Shown piece by piece: positions 25,701 through 32,110 of a stretch of DNA of 64,000 nt. Position 1 is the first letter of the stretch; every line of letters begins with the position of its first letter. Origin of the DNA: Auanema rhodensis (lineage: Eukaryota > Animalia > Nematoda); the NCBI GenBank assembly GCA_964057225.1, contig OZ059899.1:12338001-12402000 (forward strand), given 5' to 3'. A program made the translations under genes and the position numbers. The notes beneath the pieces were generated by a model. That model was given only the letters and a program-made list of their open reading frames with translations, did not search any database and was not told the origin of the DNA.

Positions 25701-28700
25701 TTTTGTATCTCGCATATGGATTCGTAAGATTCCATAAAATGCTTTTGCAATTCTTCCTGTATAAGAGTGGTTGCATATTGTAGATGATCTTGCGCTATTC
25801 TCTGAGATATATTCTGTTTATATTGTATCTCGTTGTTTACTTTGGAGCCTATATAATGTGCTTGCGCTTGTACTGCTTTCGTTTCAATCTCCAAAGGTGG
25901 TGATGACGTTCTCTGCTTTCTTTGCGATCTTAAAGACATATCTGTGACCGTTGCAAACGTAGTAATAGGCTGTTCTTTGTGAACACCATATATTAATGTA
26001 ACCGTTGTTGGCGCGCGCGTGGATGTTATGGCTTGAGTTGTATCGATCTCTGGCGTTGTTTGAGGGTCCTGGATTAGCTTTGTTACTTCCGTTGTTGTCG
26101 TTATATATTCAGTTTTGTCCGTCAGGCGTCTGGTTGAGTAGGGAGGTGTTCTTTTATCCTCTAGTAGCGGTAGAAAGGTTTGAATGAGAAGATTTCGTGT
26201 ATATTTGTTAGGACTTTTTGTTTGTTGATGGGGCCCAACAGGTATACCAAAATTATTCTCCATATCTCGATATAATTTCTCTATATCTGGCAGGATAATA
26301 GTTGGTACAGGCAGATGTCGAAATCTTTCATCGTCTGCTCTGGCCGCTGTTCGATTGGGTTTTATTGTACGTAGTTTGAGAACTTGGTGATATAGGTCAA
26401 TTGTTTCTTTAATAATCAGTTGTTCCTTTTCGTTATTAGTTGATAATACGGGCCTGATTGGCGGCATGTTTACAAATGCTTTCAAAACTTCTTGTTTTGA
26501 TGGCACCGACATGTTATTTTGAGCGAAAATGGTCGGTGTAAATGCCAACTCGAGCGCTATACTTTCGGTTCGCTCTCGATAACTTCCTTCTTTTGTGAGT
26601 ATTTTTTCGTCAAATTCTTCTGCTGTTAATCTATCGCCTATCTGCTCTAAAAGTTGCAAGGAGGTGAGGTATTTAACGGCTCCTCTTGTGGTAGCTGCCA
26701 GTTCTTTTTGGGCGAAGAATTGAAGCATTGCTTCTTCCGGGTCGTAGAATTCATATATTTTTAAGAATCTTTCTATTGATCTATCCGAAGTAGTGCTTCG
26801 TAGGAAGAATTTGAACTGCTCGGGATGTGCTGAGATCCACTTAACGATAGAATATGTTGGATCTATTGTCCGTCTGGCTCGAATTATAGGAATTATTTGT
26901 GATATCCCAGGGTTACTCATTACTGGACGTAAAAATGGGTATGGGCATATGTTCAATGTTAAAGTTTCGTAGTCTTCTTGTTCTTTTATCCAGCTTTCGT
27001 CCAATTGCAGTGCGCATTGCGCTATAGCCCTTTTTTGACGCTTAGCTGGCAACTTTTTATATTCTCTTTCAATTAAGTTGTGTATATTACTGTCATTTGG
27101 ATATTTTGGAAAAAGTATATAATTGCCCGTGGTTGATTGAAATATAGGTTGCGGAAAACATGATGTAATCTGTTTTGGAATTTGTTTATTGTCGATAACA
27201 AGGGCTGACTGCGTATTGGGAATCAGTATTATGCTGTCTCCAATGATGGCATCATATTCGCTCATGTCTATATAGTTGCATCTCTGTTCGTATGATTGGA
27301 TTTCCCAGATGATCATTGAAGTATTGGATGCGCATTGGCCATGATGTGCAAGACAGCCTTCCGTATTGAGTAATAGATTTGTCAATATGGTGTCGTCTGG
27401 CATCCTGGTCATAACGCCTCTTTCCAAAACCAGTCGTTCTTTTTCTTCGCATTGTTCGTAATTGAATGAGCGCGCTGGAGAGAATGTAGGTTCGGTTGTC
27501 GCGTATGTCAAGCTATCCAATTTAATCAGGTCTTCTGATTTCCATTTACGGTCGCGGACAGCCAGTCTACATTCGTTTTCTGTTGTTGGCTCAATTCGAA
27601 CAATGGAGGAGTTATGATCTCTTAAAAATAGCAAATCCCTGATGCATATTTTATGTATTTCTTTTGAACATCGCCATGAATCCCATTCGTGAGCCGTCTG
27701 GTTTCTTGTATACAGATGTATGTTTGTGCGGAGGACATGTTTGGTAGGTGGTATTGTGCATTTCCTCAGGGGTGGGGGTATAAGGAGGGCTCCACCTGTA
27801 GCTTTAGTGCACATCTGATAAGCATCAGTTATAGTGATTAGTGATAAGATCACTGATAAAGCTACTGCTAGTGTTAAGGGGGATATCAAGGTCAAATTAT
27901 TGACTCTTGAGCCTCTTCCTCTACCTCTATTATTGTTGTTTCCCCTGAAGGGATTATTACCGCGTTGACGGTTATCACTCTCCTGATTACGTGATAAGTT
28001 GTTATTTCTTTGATACCAATTTGGATTTGAGAAATTTCTACCGCGATTACCAAGATTGCGGTTTCTTGCGAAAGAATTTTGCAGATTTTGTGGTTTCTGA
28101 TTATTTGATGAATTTTGATAACTTTGATAATTTTGATAATTTTGGTAGTTTCTATTGTTAAATGATTGATAGCCTCTACCGATTCCTCGCCTTCCGGTGT
28201 CGCGCCTGGGAGGGAATGTTCTATCGATTGCGTTAACCAGTAGCGCCTGAGGGTCGGATACTTGGTTAGCAATTGATTCCTCCCATCTGGCATTATCAAT
28301 TGCCTCGGCAAACGTTTTTGGTTTAGCTCTGATTACCCCCGGGCGTATTGTGTTTTTGAGACCGCGTAGAAAGGTGGATCTAAGGATATGGTCCTTGTGT
28401 GGGTCTGTATGGGAGAAAGCGTTTAAGCTTAGGCTTCGTAAAGTTTGTGCGAATCCATCCACTGATAGCTCGCCTTGGGTGGAATTCTGTAGCGTTATCA
28501 GCGCCGGATCTTGATTATACTCTGGGCATAGCCTAGAGGTAAGTTCTTCGATGAGAGTATTCCACGAGCCAGATGTCTTGATAGTATCGCTAAGCTGTGT
28601 ATAAGCTTCTTCAGCTCGTTCGTTTTTGAGAAGTAATGGTAAGATTGTTAATCTTTCGGGCATAACTAAGCCTAAGGCGTTTGCAAAGGTGTTAAACTTG

Positions 28701-30004
28701 GCCACGAAGTCTCTAAAGTTGCGACTTCCGTCGTATATAGGGCAATATGGGGAGCTTAATGCCTGAGCAATGGTAGATTTACCCGCTCCTGGAAGCCGTG
28801 ATGTTTCGGTCATTTCGGATGAGATGCCCTCAGGGTATGTGATAGGTGATATTATCACTTCGCTCCTTGTTGGATCTTGATGAGTGTGTTCTATTGCCTT
28901 AGGGTTTCTGCTAGAGGAGCCTATTATAGGTGTAGTTGTTGCGAAACGGGCTCTTGGAACCTGGATGACTTTACCAGATGCCTGAGGCGATGTTCTATCA
29001 GTTGATCGTGAGCTAGGGATCGCACTATCTGATCTGTTAAGATTAGGATTATGTGAAGAAAACCGGGGTTTTGCTGTTCCGCTGGGTGTTGTGTTATCGC
29101 CTGGGGATAAGTTTAAAATCTTTATCAGTCGATTTGTTAAAGATCTTTTGTTTTTAAACTTATCAGTTGTTAATGATAAGGGTGAAGCTTCTTGTATGCC
29201 TTCGAGGCTGGCTTCTGCTGACAGAGTTTCTGTTGCGCGCTTACTGGGTGTTTTTGTCTTCCGCTTATTAGGGATATTCTTTTTGATCTTATCAGTGATT
29301 TTTGATAAGGATGAAGGGTTGTCACTAGGTTGGGTGGGTTCTAAAGTTAGCGAATGTGGTTGATTAATAGGCGTGGAAGACGCTTGCGGGCTTTGTGTTA
29401 ACCCGAAGGATGGGGAAGGTGCGTTATCAGTGATAACTGATAAGTTCGACGCGTTTGGGTCTGAGGTTACCGGTGAGGCAGATGCGGTTGTCGGCTTTTT
29501 CTTTTGAATTTTTCGCAAATTTTTATTAGTATCAACTGAGCGTACCTTGGGATTTGTAGTTGGAGTTTGAGTGCTGTCGTCGGCTATGATGAAGTCCGGG
29601 TCTTCGTCGGTGTCGTCAGAAGGTGAATATGTACCTTCTCGGGGAGTATAGAACTTGTCGACTTGCGGCTTCGGCTTCTCGTCTGGTTGGTGCGGTTCTT
29701 CTATTTGAACACTGAGAAGTCGGGTGCGGCTTCGGGTACGACTTGCGACAGTAGCGTCACTGTTGGTATCGGACGGGTAAAGGGCTGGGAAAGCCGATGA
29801 GAATCTTTTGGCCACCTTTGTAGGACTTTTGGTTTGGAAAAACCGAGAATGGTGAGCTACGTGTGGGATGTTGATGTAAGGTGCGTAAGATTCTTTTAGA
29901 TGTGTGTTGGGAGAGAGAGAGATTCGGGAGCAATAGGATAGTCGTGCTTCGCTGGGCGATGCGGAGGGTAAATGAGAGGGAGTTTTCCAAATCGTGGCCA
30001 CCAA
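22742..30004 (-). CDS. E1 polyprotein: Ser/Thr/Pro-rich extension - Gag - signal peptide - gB-like Env - TM - protease - RT - truncated RNase H
   Basis: Gag capsid-like region from Met at 28813 (PIYDG..F..F...F; FLRGLK..IR). Hydrophobic signal at about 27821-27893, Cys-rich ectodomain with RQKR, TM at about 24988-25053. Protease LWDSGS, RT YLDD, RNase H SDGS...EIEALG, ending prematurely after YILG. The true start codon is uncertain. Confidence 0.92.
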   Translation of the reverse strand: MVATIWKTPSHLPSASPSEARLSYCSRISLSPNTHLKESYAPYINIPHVAHHSRFFQTKSPTKVAKRFSSAFPALYPSDTNSDATVASRTRSRTRLLSVQIEEPHQPDEKPKPQVDKFYTPREGTYSPSDDTDEDPDFIIADDSTQTPTTNPKVRSVDTNKNLRKIQKKKPTTASASPVTSDPNASNLSVITDNAPSPSFGLTQSPQASSTPINQPHSLTLEPTQPSDNPSSLSKITDKIKKNIPNKRKTKTPSKRATETLSAEASLEGIQEASPLSLTTDKFKNKRSLTNRLIKILNLSPGDNTTPSGTAKPRFSSHNPNLNRSDSAIPSSRSTDRTSPQASGKVIQVPRARFATTTPIIGSSSRNPKAIEHTHQDPTRSEVIISPITYPEGISSEMTETSRLPGAGKSTIAQALSSPYCPIYDGSRNFRDFVAKFNTFANALGLVMPERLTILPLLLKNERAEEAYTQLSDTIKTSGSWNTLIEELTSRLCPEYNQDPALITLQNSTQGELSVDGFAQTLRSLSLNAFSHTDPHKDHILRSTFLRGLKNTIRPGVIRAKPKTFAEAIDNARWEESIANQVSDPQALLVNAIDRTFPPRRDTGRRGIGRGYQSFNNRNYQNYQNYQSYQNSSNNQKPQNLQNSFARNRNLGNRGRNFSNPNWYQRNNNLSRNQESDNRQRGNNPFRGNNNNRGRGRGSRVNNLTLISPLTLAVALSVILSLITITDAYQMCTKATGGALLIPPPLRKCTIPPTKHVLRTNIHLYTRNQTAHEWDSWRCSKEIHKICIRDLLFLRDHNSSIVRIEPTTENECRLAVRDRKWKSEDLIKLDSLTYATTEPTFSPARSFNYEQCEEKERLVLERGVMTRMPDDTILTNLLLNTEGCLAHHGQCASNTSMIIWEIQSYEQRCNYIDMSEYDAIIGDSIILIPNTQSALVIDNKQIPKQITSCFPQPIFQSTTGNYILFPKYPNDSNIHNLIEREYKKLPAKRQKRAIAQCALQLDESWIKEQEDYETLTLNICPYPFLRPVMSNPGISQIIPIIRARRTIDPTYSIVKWISAHPEQFKFFLRSTTSDRSIERFLKIYEFYDPEEAMLQFFAQKELAATTRGAVKYLTSLQLLEQIGDRLTAEEFDEKILTKEGSYRERTESIALELAFTPTIFAQNNMSVPSKQEVLKAFVNMPPIRPVLSTNNEKEQLIIKETIDLYHQVLKLRTIKPNRTAARADDERFRHLPVPTIILPDIEKLYRDMENNFGIPVGPHQQTKSPNKYTRNLLIQTFLPLLEDKRTPPYSTRRLTDKTEYITTTTEVTKLIQDPQTTPEIDTTQAITSTRAPTTVTLIYGVHKEQPITTFATVTDMSLRSQRKQRTSSPPLEIETKAVQAQAHYIGSKVNNEIQYKQNISQRIAQDHLQYATTLIQEELQKHFMESYESICEIQNRYLELWRSILQIEPTIAMRTILGREDIAARFVGSEIVHVHICLPIEPKTVHHSHKINETCYLETPVTTEDNKLYFAAPGSRDLLSYGKEIDCEHVPTDIYEKNGEWMNINGSVEVNPITLFDGAHQHKVTPLKFTGAHLYTNLSSRVYSMTTAIAYGASLASIRQNHVLNTIHNDPKITSAFILLKKGSDYISKATEFTTTAGNSIKQFLMGTIERTLILIGSTVLIIAAIIITIFAGKFYFFKAMPLPVMHIQRADNEPPGYEETLELVSRPDQPMPENIMKQYYPALVTFIPLAIPFIAFIKSKETKLPLIYISVEDKLILALWDSGSSVSYVRLSTLKYLNMAQHVKKRRLVAMAANKTTFTLYGKINLNIEIAGYEIEHTFLVSNDCDCPAPALIGMDFMSTLDSENIDVSLKPSKKMLEIGNYALPLIEQDAIKQTAITVNIINLKKRIIQPDEESTIPIKADRPLKSNEVVILGDNGNALASSYPTAFRETSGVYVVFRNNTDKTLAMEANSVIGQATIGEVPSWQTIQEDPMQPYIPPEADWENKLPHFPRNFMNDLNLDKADLNNEDKHELTNIVKNHREAFLNEDRKIGLFKGPIEHTIPLRSDMDMPRSRITRIPLGKQEEVEKQVKEMLEQGIIEPSTSLFNSPAVLVKKKDETYRFVTDFRALNSVTRKQTYVIPSISDIVDMAAGAQFFSNFDLVSGFFQISLRKSDRPLTAFTTTSGTYQYKRMPMGLCGAPHTFQTAVRYLQSKCSCKLFVYLDDLLIISDTRKQHLEDIDELLYAVESLGMKIKLKKCAFAQPEVKFLGLIIGREGIKPDPQKVAAIQEYPAPKNATGVRAFLGMVGFFRKFIKDFASIASPLYDLTKTDTEFAWEKQHQEAVDRLKRSLTQAPVLSPPKSDRLFIIESDGSNIAVGAVLLQPEDPTQPLKHLHPIAFASRKLVKAERNYAPIEIEALGLVYALNQFRTYILGTQNRSE

Positions 30005-30227
30005 TCTGACTCCGCCTATCTACCGTAAGCTTATTATAGTTAATGATGTTTATCTCTTCTCAAAAACTATTTTTATCCGCTCTTGCACTTTCCTCTAAAT
30101 TTGTTTTCTTACTGCTCTAGAATCTTCAAAAAAAAACTTTATTCATGTCGTCCCCTTTGTACTTTTGCGGCCTTTGGACATTTATTTTAAGGTTAGAAAC
30201 AAAAGAAAAGAAAAGAAAGAAAAAAAA

Positions 30228-30772
30228 ATGGATTTCCAACGTTATAATCCCACTGGCATGACTTATGTCCTGTGGAAATTATACGAATCCATCGTTGAAT
30301 ACGATGGAGAAGGAGTTTTGGCTTATAGGCCACATCCTGATATAATTTTGATGGTTTGTGTATCTCCATTTTATGTTTGATTATTTGATTACTTTAGTTT
30401 ATCGAAGATCTCCAAATGTATTATTTGGGGCAGGGCCATATAAACTTTGCCACCTTCTTAGATGTAGCTCCCGAAGTGGAGCTTGTTGGTCGAAGGTGCT
30501 TAGTTGATCTATGCGCTCATGTATATAATGATAGGGCCGGTTTATTAACCGCACGTCCTTGGGCCTGGTACCAGGAAAAGAGTCATTTTTATTATTATTT
30601 ATTATATAGATTATTGTTTAAAATCTATATTGTTTATGATGACTCATTATTTGGTTTGGAACTTAGGGTTTCGCGAGGTTTAGAATATAGTGAAGATTTA
30701 AATGCGAGCGAAACTCCTATGTTTTTTGCCTCTGAGTTTCGAACTCGGTTGCAAATCAAATATGGGTATTGA
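30228..30772 (+). CDS. Spliced antisense accessory gene in the E1 leader, about 166 aa, unknown function
   Basis: AAAATG start at 30228. A 44-nt GTTTGT...CTTTAG intron (30354-30397) joins two ORF-track ORFs in frame (..PDIILM|FIEDLQMYYLG..). TGA at 30770-30772 is followed by AATAAA at 30776-30781. Confidence 0.7.
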
Positions 30773-31752
30773 CTGAATAAAGTTTGTACTCTGTGTTTTT
30801 ATTTTTGTGCACTTTGCTCTGTTTTCGTCAAGAAAACGGACTTATGTTTTCAATCTTTTCCTCATTCCTTTTCCCTTAAATAGCATGTTTTGCTCAAAAT
30901 GTTTTCGACATTGTGCATGCTAATGAGGTTTGAGGAGAGTTATTGAAAAGGCTGTCCTTTTTCTTGATCAAAATAAGCAAAAGTGCGTTTTCCTAAGCTA
31001 ATTTCTTTTTAAAAATGAGAAAAATACGTCTATTTTTAAACATTTCCCATTTACTTAGGATTACTGTAGGAGATAAGGGGTATCTTATGAGTTGAAACAA
31101 CGAAATGATTTGAGGAAGGTGACATAATCTACGGGGATAAAATCCGTAGCAGTTATGCTTCCGCCAACTTGACCTGACTGTCAAATAAGAGCTGAGAAGT
31201 CTTATTGCAGATTTACCAGGCTTTTTCGGACTAGTGTGGTCTCTTTTTATATTCAATTTATGTAACCGTTTTTGGTTTCCCGCAAAATAATATGTAAAAT
31301 GATCTTTTACGTCTGAATATAATAATTTTTCAAAATTCTAGTCCTGACCACAAATATACAAACTATAAACAATTGCGCGCGTCTTATAAATTTTTGTTCC
31401 AATTATCAAACTTCTCTATGCCCAAAAAAAAAATGTGAACAATTATAATTTCTCGTTTGGCGAAATTGTCCTCTATTTCAATCCAAACGTCCTCAAAATG
31501 GCATGAGAAGCGGTACAAGATACGATAAAGAAAAGGGTGGACATTCAGACGGTTTTTAAATTGAGGACGGCGGGCAAAAATTTTATTGGTCCTATCTCGC
31601 ATTTAAGCGAGATCCCTTGTATCTGTACCTTAAAACAAATTGGCGCCTTCATTTTGTTGTTTCAAGTGGAGGAATTTATAATTTAGAATGCAAAAATGGA
31701 CTTTTACAATAAAAAAAATTTTTTTTTTTTTTTTTCCAAAAGATGAGTTCGA

Positions 31753-31765
31753 GGTGGAACCTCCA
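31753..31765 (-). promoter_or_regulatory. E1 primer-binding site, tRNA-Gln
   Basis: TGGAGGTTCCACC directly follows the 5' LTR and is complementary to GGTGGAACCT-CCA, the conserved 3' end of metazoan tRNA-Gln. Confidence 0.88.
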
Positions 31766-32110
31766 CGTTCCGTTATGCTCCTGCGTCGATAATATAAACC
31801 ATTGTAGTTTATACTATGACGCGCATAGTATTCCTTGGTGTAGCGGTAAGGAATAAAGAGCATAAGGTCAATCATAAGATAAAAGAGAGAAAGATTTATT
31901 GGCATGAAACTACAACAATAATATACAAAGATAAAGATACAATACAATAAGATAAATATAAGTATAAAGACTAAACTACAAGCCGTCCATGAGCTTGCTA
32001 AGAGGCGAACTCCCGACCAAGGGAACGAGGGAAGGCGGAGCCATTCCTCGGTCCTCTGGTCGTCTGGCTCTAACCCTTCAGCTACATATATGGGGAGTCC
32101 GAATGGAACG
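31766..32110 (-). repeat. E1 5' LTR
   Basis: 345-bp copy of 20247-20591, followed on the minus strand by the PBS. Confidence 0.95.

Larger units (their letters stand above)
20247..32110 (-). mobile_element. Ty3/Gypsy (Metaviridae) env-bearing LTR provirus, 11,864 bp, gag-env-pro-pol order (element E1)
   Basis: Two 345-bp LTRs with no difference found by eye, 4-bp TSD TTTT (20243-20246 / 32111-32114), PBS and PPT, and PR-RT-RNH-IN domain order. Confidence 0.95.

Noticed and set aside
23616-29363. Plus-strand ORFs overlapping the E1 polyprotein (for example 205 aa at 23616)
   Set aside because: Antisense shadows of a long coding frame with no recognisable motifs.
30993-31256. 87-aa sense ORF in the E1 leader
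   Set aside because: It has a non-ATG start, and the homologous E2 region has stops and a frame shift with nucleotide-level rather than codon-level conservation.
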